A stretch of DNA of 37,913 nt. Origin: an uncultured virus (IMG/VR IMGVR_UViG_3300047548_000491). Lineage: Duplodnaviria; Heunggongvirae; Uroviricota; Caudoviricetes. This document shows positions 1-8,621 of the stretch, one piece after another. The DNA lies in IMG/VR virus record IMGVR_UViG_3300047548_000491, positions 62,001 to 99,913 of that record; one strand, 5' to 3'. The translations under genes and the position numbers were made by a program. Positions within the stretch are counted from its first letter, which is position 1; every line of letters begins with the position of its first letter. The notes under the pieces were generated by a model. It made no database searches. It saw nothing but the letters and a program-made list of their open reading frames with translations, and was not told the origin of the DNA.

Positions 1-2
1 TC

Positions 3-2276
3 ATGTCTGGTGCACCTGCAGGCTTATTAAGAAGAAAAGCTACAGGTAGCACAATTGTAACTGGCTCTACTACTTCGCCAGAACCAACTGTAGGATCCGT
101 ATTGTATGCTACTGTATCAACTCCGGGTGTTCCTGCTGCATCGGTCCATCAAATTACTATGACCGGTTCAACAGGATCTTCGTTTGTAGTTGATTGGCTT
201 GCAGCCGATATCCCTAATACAGATGCATATTTGACTACTAATGGAGCAATTCAAATCGAACACACCGCCGGCGGCGACATCTATTTAACTGATGTTAATC
301 CTACAACAGGTATTAGTTCGGGACTTCTTGCTGAAATAGGTTTTGACACAGTATCTAACCCAGATGTACTAGTTGGTTTTGCTCTAAGTAACTACAACAC
401 ATTCCAGTACACTGACATTGGCGGCGCAGTATTCTCTGTAACTATTGAAAGAGATTACTATTCTGTTTCTGCTAACTTAGGATCCGGTAACTACTCTAGT
501 TCTGGTACTACTCAGGTAGTAATACCAGGAACTGATTTAGGTGGTTCATCTCCTGCAAATGATATTACAATTAACATTGAAGGTGGTTCATCTCCTACTT
601 GGACATTCATGTCCGGCACACCTAACATTAAATATGTTTCAACTTTATCTAATTGGGAATGGTTGTCCTACACACCAAATGAAGGTCCACTAGCAACAAA
701 CCCAGCAAACGGAACTAATTGGTACTACAGTACAATTTCTGAAGTTGACATTATGGTAAACCAAAATGGTGCTTGGAAAGGGTATCGTGAAGTATCTTAC
801 GATAGTAATGGTCACCCCCTACCAAGCGGTGTTAACACAACTGATCCTAACGGTCCGATTCTTGCAACCGATGAGCCAACTACTCAGAGTGACGGTACTG
901 CTCTAGTGTACGGTGATCTATGGATTGACACTAATGATTTAGAAAACTATCCAATGATTTATCGTTGGCAATTGGTTGATGGTCAAGATCAATGGGTACA
1001 AATCGACAACACAGACCAAGTCAGTCAAAACGGTGTTCTATTTGCAGACGCACGTTGGGGCACTTCTGGTAGCGTAGATCCAGTAAATGATCCGATACCT
1101 GAAATCGTTGATTTGCTAGAAAGCAATTATCTAGATTTAGATGCACCTAATCCAGTTGCGTATCCACAAGGTATGTTGTTATGGAATACCCGTCGTTCTG
1201 GATATAACGTAAAGCAGTTTAGAACTAATTACTTTACAAGTGCTAACTATCCAGGTGAATCATTACCTACATTCTCATACACATGGGTAAGTGTAAGTGG
1301 ATTGAATACTAATGGATCAGCTTACATGGGCCGCAAAGCTCAGCGTAATATGGTTGTACAAGCCATGAAAGCTGCAATTGGTACTAACCAGACAATTCGT
1401 GAAGAAGATACATTCTTCAACTTAATGGCTACACCAAACTATCCTGAGTTGCAACCTGATATGGTCGTTCTAAACAATGACCGTAACAACACTGCTTACA
1501 TCATTGGTGATACACCATTGCGCTTACCAGATCAAGCTACTGCATTGACTAACTGGGCTACAAACGCTGCAGGAGCATCAAGCACAGGTGAAGATGGATT
1601 AGTTACACGTAACGAATATATGGGTCTATTCTATCCAAGCGGTATCACTGTAAACCCAACAGATGGTTCTGCAGTGGTGGTACCTGCTTCACATATGATG
1701 CTTCGTACATTCTTACGCAATGATACTATTGCTTATCCTTGGTTAGCACCAGCTGGTACTCGTAGAGGTAATATCGACAATGCAACAAACATTGGTTATT
1801 TAGACGCAACTACTGGCGAGTTTGTAGCTATCAAGAATCGTTTAGGAATTCGTGACGTATTGTACACAAACCAGATCAACCCACTAGCATTCTTCACAGG
1901 TGTTGGCTTGTTGAACTATGGTAATAAGAACAGCAAGGATACACAGTCTGCACTAGATCGTATCAACGTAGCTCGTTTAGTTTGCTATGTACGTGAAAGA
2001 CTGCAAGTTCTTGCTCGTCCGTTCGTATTCGAACCTAACGATTCTGTAACACGTAATCAAATTGCAGGTGTGGTACAGTCATTGTTTATAGATTTAGTCG
2101 CTAAACGTGGCCTATATGACTACCTAGTTGTATGTGATGAATCTAACAATACTCCTGCACGTATCGACAGAAATGAATTGTGGATCGATGTTGCGATTGA
2201 GCCAGTGAAAGCTGCTGAATTCATCTACATCCCAGTTCGTGTCCTTAACACAGGGGAAATTCAAGGAGCCCAATAA
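3..2276 (+). CDS. Contractile tail sheath protein (T4 gp18-like), probably 5'-truncated by the window edge
   Basis: C-terminal sheath motifs PWLAPAGTRRG, LYTNQINP, SALDRINVARL, FVFEPND, VVCDESNNTPARIDRNEL and IEPVKAAEFIYIP; lies directly upstream of the tube gene. Confidence 0.95.
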   Translation: MSGAPAGLLRRKATGSTIVTGSTTSPEPTVGSVLYATVSTPGVPAASVHQITMTGSTGSSFVVDWLAADIPNTDAYLTTNGAIQIEHTAGGDIYLTDVNPTTGISSGLLAEIGFDTVSNPDVLVGFALSNYNTFQYTDIGGAVFSVTIERDYYSVSANLGSGNYSSSGTTQVVIPGTDLGGSSPANDITINIEGGSSPTWTFMSGTPNIKYVSTLSNWEWLSYTPNEGPLATNPANGTNWYYSTISEVDIMVNQNGAWKGYREVSYDSNGHPLPSGVNTTDPNGPILATDEPTTQSDGTALVYGDLWIDTNDLENYPMIYRWQLVDGQDQWVQIDNTDQVSQNGVLFADARWGTSGSVDPVNDPIPEIVDLLESNYLDLDAPNPVAYPQGMLLWNTRRSGYNVKQFRTNYFTSANYPGESLPTFSYTWVSVSGLNTNGSAYMGRKAQRNMVVQAMKAAIGTNQTIREEDTFFNLMATPNYPELQPDMVVLNNDRNNTAYIIGDTPLRLPDQATALTNWATNAAGASSTGEDGLVTRNEYMGLFYPSGITVNPTDGSAVVVPASHMMLRTFLRNDTIAYPWLAPAGTRRGNIDNATNIGYLDATTGEFVAIKNRLGIRDVLYTNQINPLAFFTGVGLLNYGNKNSKDTQSALDRINVARLVCYVRERLQVLARPFVFEPNDSVTRNQIAGVVQSLFIDLVAKRGLYDYLVVCDESNNTPARIDRNELWIDVAIEPVKAAEFIYIPVRVLNTGEIQGAQ

Positions 2277-2301
2277 ATGAAGCCCGAAAGGGCTTCATTT
2301 T
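2275..2301 (+). terminator. Rho-independent terminator after the sheath gene
   Basis: AAATGAAGCCC-GAAA-GGGCTTCATTT(T): 11-bp perfect stem, GNRA loop, T tail. Confidence 0.85.
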
Positions 2302-2307
2302 ATAAAA

Positions 2308-2315
2308 GATAAATA
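2308..2315 (+). promoter_or_regulatory. Putative late promoter (GATAAATA) and AGGAG RBS for the tail tube gene
   Basis: Resembles the T4 late -10 box TATAAATA; the same motif recurs upstream of many genes in the window. Confidence 0.7.
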
Positions 2316-2335
2316 TATATAACAGGAGAAATAAT

Positions 2336-2965
2336 ATGGCAACAGCCTCTCAATCATTGTTCAACATGACCGTAGCATCTGATAATGCTACAAATAGTCA
2401 AGGCTTGTTGATGCCAAAATTACAATATCGCTTCAGAGCTTTATTTTTGAATTTTGGAGTTGGCGGTGCAACAACTGAACTTACTAAGCAAGTTATTGAT
2501 ATCGCTAGACCTAGTCTATCATTTACTGAAATACCAATTGATATTTACAACAGTAAAATTTACCTATCAGGTAAGCACGAATGGGCTGCTACTACAATCA
2601 ACTTACGTGATGATGCACAAGGTAACGTAGCTAAGTTAGTAGGTCAACAGATTCAAAAGCAAATGGATTTCGTAGAGCAAGCAAGTGCTGCTACTGGTCA
2701 GGACTATAAGTTCCAGATCAACTATGAAGTTCTTGACGGTGGAAATGGCTTACTCACACCTACAGTTTTAGAAACTTGGGAATTGTATGGGTGCTTCGTA
2801 CAACAAGCTAACTATAATACAATGAACTATTCTACCAATGAACCTGCAACAATTTCGTTAACTGTACGTTACGATAACGCAATTCAGAGTCCGTTGACTT
2901 CTGGTATCGGTACTAACGTCGGTCGTGCATTCGGTGGCGGTACTGTAACAGGTATCGGTTCTTAA
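2336..2965 (+). CDS. Tail tube protein (T4 gp19-like)
   Basis: Follows the sheath gene; 209 aa; motifs PKLQYRFR, IYLSGKHEW, ETWELYGCF and ISLTVRYDNA typical of the tube fold; AGGAG RBS. Confidence 0.88.
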   Translation: MATASQSLFNMTVASDNATNSQGLLMPKLQYRFRALFLNFGVGGATTELTKQVIDIARPSLSFTEIPIDIYNSKIYLSGKHEWAATTINLRDDAQGNVAKLVGQQIQKQMDFVEQASAATGQDYKFQINYEVLDGGNGLLTPTVLETWELYGCFVQQANYNTMNYSTNEPATISLTVRYDNAIQSPLTSGIGTNVGRAFGGGTVTGIGS

Positions 2966-2977
2966 TTAGGAGCCTAA

Positions 2978-4135
2978 ATGGCAGGTTTTTTTCAAGACCT
3001 TTTAGGGGACGCTACCAAAGCGTTCTTCGGTAATGACTACTTGCGTGATTATACTCACGCAAGTCTTACCTTTAGATCCAACGCATACCAATACTCACCC
3101 AAGTTTAAGTTTTTATTTCATGTTTATTTTGATATAAACACAGAGTATATTTCTACACAATTTCCTCAAGGAAGTAACTTTGGATTAGCTGTTAAAAACA
3201 TACAACTACCTAAGTACACTGTTGATGTTACAACACTTAATCAATATAATAGAAAACGTCTAGTGCAGACGAAATTAAAATACGATCCCATCAACATAGT
3301 ATTTCACGATGATAACGGTAATTTAATTAGAAATTTATGGAATGCATATTATACATACTACTATAAAGACGGATTACAAATAGATTCGTTTAGTAACGTC
3401 ACTGCAGGTCCTCCTAATCCAAAATTTGATTTAAATAAGAGAAATGTGTATGATAGTAGTATCTCAGGAAACGATGATTGGGGATACATCGGAGAATCTA
3501 GTAGAACACCGGTGACCACAGCAGGATCTGCGTTGGGTCAGACGAAAGCTCCGTTCTTCAGAGCTATTAATATATACGGTTTTAACCAACACAATTTTGC
3601 ATTGTATCGACTTATCAATCCTATGATTGAAAGTTTTAGCCACGACACCTACGACTACTCACAATCAAACGGTGTAATGGAAAATCAAATGTCAATTGCG
3701 TATGAAACTGTAAATTATTTCCAAGGTGCAATTGACGGTAGAAGACCTGATCAGATTGTTAAACAATTTGGTGTCGATGGTCAATATGATAGAACATTGA
3801 GTCCTATCGCACGTCCGGGATCGAATGCCGCAATATTAGGTCCGGGTGGTTTATTAGATGCAGCAGGTGGTATCTTAGAAAATTTAGAAAGCGGAAACAT
3901 TTTAGGTGCAATCCAGAAAGCAGGAGCTGCAAAAAATACTTTTAAGAACCCTCAAAATATAGTGAAGATAGCAACTGCAGAGGCGTTGGGAATGGCTAAT
4001 ACAGCATTACAGGGTTCACCTAACAGAAATACTCAGTTCACATTCCCAACTGAAGCAGCAACATTTATCAAGGGTGTTCCTGGACAAGTACAACAGGGTG
4101 TCCAGCAAATGTTGAAAAAGCCACCAACTGTATAA
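2978..4135 (+). CDS. Tube-fold baseplate/tail-tube initiator-like structural protein (gp48/gp54-like)
   Basis: Segment VKNIQLPKYTVDVTTLNQYNRKRLVQTKLKYDPINIVFHDD and later ESFSHDTYDYS...MSIAYE mirror the tube fold; position after tube gene; AGGAG RBS. Confidence 0.55.
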   Translation: MAGFFQDLLGDATKAFFGNDYLRDYTHASLTFRSNAYQYSPKFKFLFHVYFDINTEYISTQFPQGSNFGLAVKNIQLPKYTVDVTTLNQYNRKRLVQTKLKYDPINIVFHDDNGNLIRNLWNAYYTYYYKDGLQIDSFSNVTAGPPNPKFDLNKRNVYDSSISGNDDWGYIGESSRTPVTTAGSALGQTKAPFFRAINIYGFNQHNFALYRLINPMIESFSHDTYDYSQSNGVMENQMSIAYETVNYFQGAIDGRRPDQIVKQFGVDGQYDRTLSPIARPGSNAAILGPGGLLDAAGGILENLESGNILGAIQKAGAAKNTFKNPQNIVKIATAEALGMANTALQGSPNRNTQFTFPTEAATFIKGVPGQVQQGVQQMLKKPPTV

Positions 4136-4141
4136 TAAATA
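4135..4141 (+). promoter_or_regulatory. Putative late promoter ATAAATA, 5 nt before the ATG at 4147
   Basis: Motif match; no Shine-Dalgarno between motif and ATG. Confidence 0.6.
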
Positions 4142-4146
4142 CTTTT

Positions 4147-4509
4147 ATGGCACAACTAATTGACGCACCTAGAAATAATCTAGATAACACTGTTAGAATT
4201 TATGACCAGTTTTACAACTTTGATTTAGTTGTTGACGGTGGTCAATTTGATTTGGTTTATTCGTATTTCTTAAAGATCACTGGTAATAAAAATACAGCTA
4301 ACAATTTCACCGGTATAATGTTTAGAATTTCTAACATTACTGGTGAAAATGTATTGTCATTACTTGATCAAATGAAGAACACAAGTAATCTTACAACTAG
4401 TAATCTTCTGACTTATTACTTAAACAGCTTAAGAAGTAAAACTACTTTGTACGGAATAGCCAATTTTCCTATACCTAATGAAACTGTTCAACGAAACGTA
4501 GTACAATAA
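4147..4509 (+). CDS. Hypothetical protein in the tail module (120 aa)
   Basis: Tightly packed ORF between structural genes; no recognisable motif. Confidence 0.75.
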   Translation: MAQLIDAPRNNLDNTVRIYDQFYNFDLVVDGGQFDLVYSYFLKITGNKNTANNFTGIMFRISNITGENVLSLLDQMKNTSNLTTSNLLTYYLNSLRSKTTLYGIANFPIPNETVQRNVVQ

Positions 4510-4510
4510 T

Positions 4511-4948
4511 ATGGCTAATTGGGCACAAGGTATCTATACTCCTAAAAACCCTGACAAATACATAGGAAAACATAAGCCTAAGTATCGCAGTGGTTGGGAG
4601 TTTACCTTTATGCAATTTTGTGACAATAACGCATCTGTTCTTAAATGGGCAAGCGAGGCAATATCCATACCTTACATGCATCCATTGACTGGTAAAAGAA
4701 CTAATTACATACCAGACTTTTTCATAATCTACCAGAATAAATTTGGAAAACAATTAGCAGAAATAGTTGAGATTAAACCCAAAAAGCAAAGTTTGATTGA
4801 AAGCAGAGTAGCAAGTGCTAAGGACAGGGCAGTTGTTGCAATAAACCATGCTAAGTGGGCCGCAGCTATGGCCTACTGTAAACAAAACGGGTTTACATTC
4901 AGAGTTATCACAGAAGACGATTTGTTTAGAAACGGTAAACGCAAGTAA
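4511..4948 (+). CDS. Head completion nuclease (T4 gp4-like, TnsA-type PD-(D/E)xK fold)
   Basis: PKNPDKYIG, YRSGWE, WASE, YIPDF, EIKPKKQ, NHAKWAAA and FRVITE match T4 gp4 family motifs. Confidence 0.88.
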   Translation: MANWAQGIYTPKNPDKYIGKHKPKYRSGWEFTFMQFCDNNASVLKWASEAISIPYMHPLTGKRTNYIPDFFIIYQNKFGKQLAEIVEIKPKKQSLIESRVASAKDRAVVAINHAKWAAAMAYCKQNGFTFRVITEDDLFRNGKRK

Positions 4949-4975
4949 TAAATACTACTATTACTTAATCGTCAA

Positions 4976-5467
4976 ATGACAAAAAAACTTTCAGAATTAT
5001 TTGATTTACCTGAACCCGACGAACCTGATAATCTCAATGAACAGATTATCGAAAGTGCTGAGGTCCGAGAAATTACTCAAGAAGCCTTTTCTAATTTAGA
5101 AAAAATAGAAAATGCGTTGCCACAAGTTAAGGGTTTAGAAGCTGCTGACGGCGAGATGGATGATCTTGCTCAATTAGCACAAGACAGTTATAAAGATTTA
5201 ATGGATCTTGGTATGCAAGTTGACAGTCGTTTTGCTAGTGAAATCTTTGGTGTAGCCGGTACTATGTTAGGACATGCTATTACAGCTAAAACAGCAAAGA
5301 TTAATAAGAAATTAAAAATGTTAGACCTTCAATTAAAGAAGGCCCAACTAGATCAAAAAGCACTCTCACAAACTAAAGAAATAGAAAATACACCTGTCGG
5401 AGAAGGTCAACTGTTAGATAGAAACGAATTGCTCAAGCAAATTCTAGCTAACAAAAAATCCGACTGA
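4976..5467 (+). CDS. Helical/coiled-coil protein, possibly terminase small subunit
   Basis: 163 aa, acidic N-terminus, central helices, coiled coil, C-terminal DRNELLKQIL; preceded by ATAAATA at 4948-4954; function inferred from architecture and context only. Confidence 0.4.
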   Translation: MTKKLSELFDLPEPDEPDNLNEQIIESAEVREITQEAFSNLEKIENALPQVKGLEAADGEMDDLAQLAQDSYKDLMDLGMQVDSRFASEIFGVAGTMLGHAITAKTAKINKKLKMLDLQLKKAQLDQKALSQTKEIENTPVGEGQLLDRNELLKQILANKKSD

Positions 5468-5469
5468 TT

Positions 5470-5477
5470 GATAAATA
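5470..5477 (+). promoter_or_regulatory. Putative late promoter GATAAATA
   Basis: Intergenic motif followed by AGGA RBS and ATG at 5496. Confidence 0.65.
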
Positions 5478-5495
5478 ATATATAGGAATAACAAA

Positions 5496-6095
5496 ATGAA
5501 GAACCTACGTCATTATCTAACAGAAAGTGCTAGAACGTATAACTACACCATCAAAATTCTTGGTGACGTTGACAGCAAGTTTATGGACATGTTTAAATAC
5601 AATCTTACAAAGTTTGATCCAGTAAAGATTGATGATCCAAAGACTACCCCTATTCAAAAAACTGTTGCTGGATTTCCTGATGCAGAGAACAATAGCTTAA
5701 CTATTATTAGAGCAGAATTTAGATATCCAGCAACAGAGCCAATGATTCAACAATGTGCTCAAGCATGCGGATGTAATATCAATCGTGTAAGAATGTTTAC
5801 AACTGATTTTGCAGATTCAGTCGAGCACGAAGCAAAACAATATCAAAATGAGGTTGATGATAGTCCTTTATTGTTAGATTCTGAATTGTCAGATAGCGGG
5901 AAAGAAGCTAGCAAAGAATACGCAAACCAATATCTAGATAGAGTTGTTCCTAAGAAACCTAGTGTTGATATCCCGTTCGCCGCAAAGCCTACTCCTATCG
6001 CACCTAAGAACAACAAAGAAGAAAGTCATATGAGTCCGATGAGTAAAATTACTCGTCCTCAAAAACCAGCTACAGGAGCTAGTAAGGCAAAATGA
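5496..6095 (+). CDS. Hypothetical, probable head/internal protein with leader MKNLRHYLTE
   Basis: 10-aa N-terminal leader ending in L-T-E resembles T4 internal-protein capsid-targeting sequences; basic Pro-rich tail. Confidence 0.6.
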   Translation: MKNLRHYLTESARTYNYTIKILGDVDSKFMDMFKYNLTKFDPVKIDDPKTTPIQKTVAGFPDAENNSLTIIRAEFRYPATEPMIQQCAQACGCNINRVRMFTTDFADSVEHEAKQYQNEVDDSPLLLDSELSDSGKEASKEYANQYLDRVVPKKPSVDIPFAAKPTPIAPKNNKEESHMSPMSKITRPQKPATGASKAK

Positions 6096-6322
6096 TTGAT
6101 TTTACATCTTCACAGTTGAGTTGGATACTCATCGGTGCTTGTAGTATCGGTGGCACCGGTTATATTACCATTGATAACAAAATCAATGATATGGACGTAA
6201 AAATGGCAATAGTTCAAACTAAAGCTGATGCAACTGAGAAGAAGTTGAATGAAATGGCTGTTCAATTAGACAGGGTTGAACAACTGTTAATAGCACAAAA
6301 TACGAAAAAAGGATCACGATAA
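6092..6322 (+). CDS. Small membrane-anchored coiled-coil protein
   Basis: N-terminal hydrophobic segment WILIGACSIGGTGYITI followed by heptads; ATGA and TAATG overlaps with neighbours. Confidence 0.65.
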   Translation: MIDFTSSQLSWILIGACSIGGTGYITIDNKINDMDVKMAIVQTKADATEKKLNEMAVQLDRVEQLLIAQNTKKGSR

Positions 6323-8517
6323 TGGATTTTAGAAATATGTTACAATCGTTAACCTCATTAGCTGAAGGTGAAACAAAAGATACCAAGACTGGTCGTGTAC
6401 ATAAAGGCAGTTATGGTACTTCTTATGACGGTGACGATGATAAAAAAGAAAAGAAACCTGAAGTAAAGCGTGGTCGTGGCCGCCCTAAAAAGGACGCAGG
6501 TGAAGACGGCGAAGTAAAGAAATATGATACTAAAGGTCTACATGATGTGTTCGGTGGCGGTAAGAAACCTAAGAAAGAAGTCGGCAAGACTTCTAAGAAA
6601 CACTCATTAAAAGAATACATTGAAGAAGTTGCTGATAGCAAAACTCAGTTAGATGAGGCAGAGCAGATTACTATTCAACCTGCACAACAAAATACACAGG
6701 TCATCAAGCAAGGTAATAAGACATTAGGTACAGTTACTAACCCACAATTAGCTCAGCAAATTAAGCAGTCAATAGGTAAGGGTGAAATGTCTTTAGCCGG
6801 TGATGAGTTAACTGACGAAGGTGTAATGGACACCATGAAGAAAGCAGGTTCTGCTGTTTTGAATAAATTAGGTCACGGTAGTGATGCTGAATTATTGAAG
6901 AAGTTACAAAAACAAGCCGGCGCGCAAAATGCACAAGTTCACGGTAAGCCATCGATGGCATCTTCTAATACACAAAAGCCTGTAACAGAAAAAGCTCCTG
7001 AAGGTTGGGAAGGTACAGTTAAAGCGATGAAGAAGCACAAGGATGAGATTGATAATCCTTGGGCTCTAGCACACTACATGAAGAACAAAGGTTATAAGAG
7101 TCATAAAAAGGCTGAAGAGATGACTGAATCTTTTAAAATGGAAGACGGCTCTCTTTTGACTGAGGGTTCTTTAAGAAGTTTAGTTCTCTGTTTGATGGAT
7201 GATCTAAGAAATGGTCCTGAAGGTTATAATATCTTACCTGCAGTAGAAATGCAAGATCGTGCAAAAGCACAGCGAACAATTGATAAAGTATTACAGCACG
7301 GTGATCGTTATAAGCGTTTAGCTGGAACATTAAAAGGTCATTTACGTGATGCTGCCTTAGAAGAATTTGGATTCACAGACTATGATGCCAGCTTAGAAGA
7401 AGCAGACACACGTCCTGAGCCAGAACTATTAGCACCTGTTCCTAGCAAAGAAGCGTTTAGAACTACTGGAATGGATAGCAAATTAGGCAATCCTAAAGAG
7501 TTTGTTCCTAGTAGAACGCAAGCTCCTGCAGCAAAGCCTGGTATTTTCAGAGCAGCTGGGTCAGTAGCTAGCAAATTAAATCCATTCAGAAAACTCGGAG
7601 AAAATAAAGAAATGAAAGATACTCAATTAGAAAGCTGGGAACAGCATTTAAATTCATTATTAAATGAAGGTATTACTGTTACTAGCAGTACTGGACAGCA
7701 AGGCTCCCCAGACTCAGTGAGTATAAATGCCACAGACACTGACGCACAAGAATTATTAGCAATTGTAAGACAAGCTGGTCTAGGTGTTTTTGGTAATCAA
7801 GAACAAGAGGTTAGTGATTACGGTGCTCCAATGAGTACTGGAAGTGAAGAACCAGCAGGACATGGAACAGACCCTGAGGTTTCACCTACTGTAGTTGGCG
7901 ACGGTGACGATATGATGGCATTAATCAAAAAAATGACAGGTATTGACACGAGTGGTTCTGAAGACTATGCTGATGAAGAAGGTGAAGAAACACACACATT
8001 AGAACCTGCAGATTCTGATGAAAGTGAAGATGACACAGAAGAAAAAACTGATGAAGGTAATGCTTTCACCGGTGCCTTAGCAAAAGCAAAAGCTGATGGT
8101 GTGCAGCCCGGTGAAAAAATGAAAGTTGGTGGAAAAGAATATCCTGTCAAAGAAGAAGATGAAGTCGAAGAAGGTAACAAGTTTACTGGTAATTTAGCAA
8201 AAGCACGTGCCGCTGGAAAGAAAGAAGCTGACTTAGACGGCGACGGCGACATGGAAAAAGTGCATGAGGGTGAACATACTTGCAATGAATGTGGAATGTA
8301 TGAGTCACAATGCGGTTGCGAAGAGCCTGTTGAAGAAGGATTCTCAAACGATGCGGGCGGTGACGCAATGGCCGATACAGAAATGGCAAAGTTAAAAGCA
8401 CTCCTATCAATGGGAAATGATCTACACAAATTAAAAAGAAATCAAACTGTAGGTAACCCCACGCAAGTTGCATTTGAATCACAAATAAATGACTGGAAGA
8501 AGTTAAGCGGTCTGTAA
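6322..8517 (+). CDS. Large charged modular protein, probable prohead core/internal (poly)protein
   Basis: 731 aa, Glu/Lys-rich; many (L/V/M)xE junctions; AT-hook KRGRGRPKK; duplicated EGNxFTGxLAKA module; CNEC..CGC motif. Confidence 0.6.
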   Translation: MDFRNMLQSLTSLAEGETKDTKTGRVHKGSYGTSYDGDDDKKEKKPEVKRGRGRPKKDAGEDGEVKKYDTKGLHDVFGGGKKPKKEVGKTSKKHSLKEYIEEVADSKTQLDEAEQITIQPAQQNTQVIKQGNKTLGTVTNPQLAQQIKQSIGKGEMSLAGDELTDEGVMDTMKKAGSAVLNKLGHGSDAELLKKLQKQAGAQNAQVHGKPSMASSNTQKPVTEKAPEGWEGTVKAMKKHKDEIDNPWALAHYMKNKGYKSHKKAEEMTESFKMEDGSLLTEGSLRSLVLCLMDDLRNGPEGYNILPAVEMQDRAKAQRTIDKVLQHGDRYKRLAGTLKGHLRDAALEEFGFTDYDASLEEADTRPEPELLAPVPSKEAFRTTGMDSKLGNPKEFVPSRTQAPAAKPGIFRAAGSVASKLNPFRKLGENKEMKDTQLESWEQHLNSLLNEGITVTSSTGQQGSPDSVSINATDTDAQELLAIVRQAGLGVFGNQEQEVSDYGAPMSTGSEEPAGHGTDPEVSPTVVGDGDDMMALIKKMTGIDTSGSEDYADEEGEETHTLEPADSDESEDDTEEKTDEGNAFTGALAKAKADGVQPGEKMKVGGKEYPVKEEDEVEEGNKFTGNLAKARAAGKKEADLDGDGDMEKVHEGEHTCNECGMYESQCGCEEPVEEGFSNDAGGDAMADTEMAKLKALLSMGNDLHKLKRNQTVGNPTQVAFESQINDWKKLSGL

Positions 8518-8537
8518 ATAACAAAACCGTACCTCAT

Positions 8538-8566
8538 AGCCCGAGTAAATTTACTCGGGCTTTTTT
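8538..8566 (+). terminator. Rho-independent terminator
   Basis: Perfect 24-bp palindrome AGCCCGAGTAAATTTACTCGGGCT running into a T6 tract. Confidence 0.9.
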
Positions 8567-8591
8567 ACGGGCATACTAAGAATAATAAAAC

Positions 8592-8599
8592 GATAAATA
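8592..8599 (+). promoter_or_regulatory. Putative late promoter GATAAATA for the fibre/lysin operon
   Basis: Motif directly after the terminator, upstream of AAGGT RBS and ATG at 8622. Confidence 0.7.
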
Positions 8600-8621
8600 C
8601 TAGATAAGGTAGACTATTGAT

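Noticed and set aside
4511..4948. TnsA transposase or homing endonuclease (mobile element)
   Set aside because: Motifs and context fit the gp4 head-completion family; no TnsB/C genes or terminal repeats.
6423..8524. Several short minus-strand ORFs here and opposite clpA, 28-31 kb, 33-34 kb and 37524-37739
   Set aside because: Almost entirely nested antisense to well-supported genes, with no independent signals.
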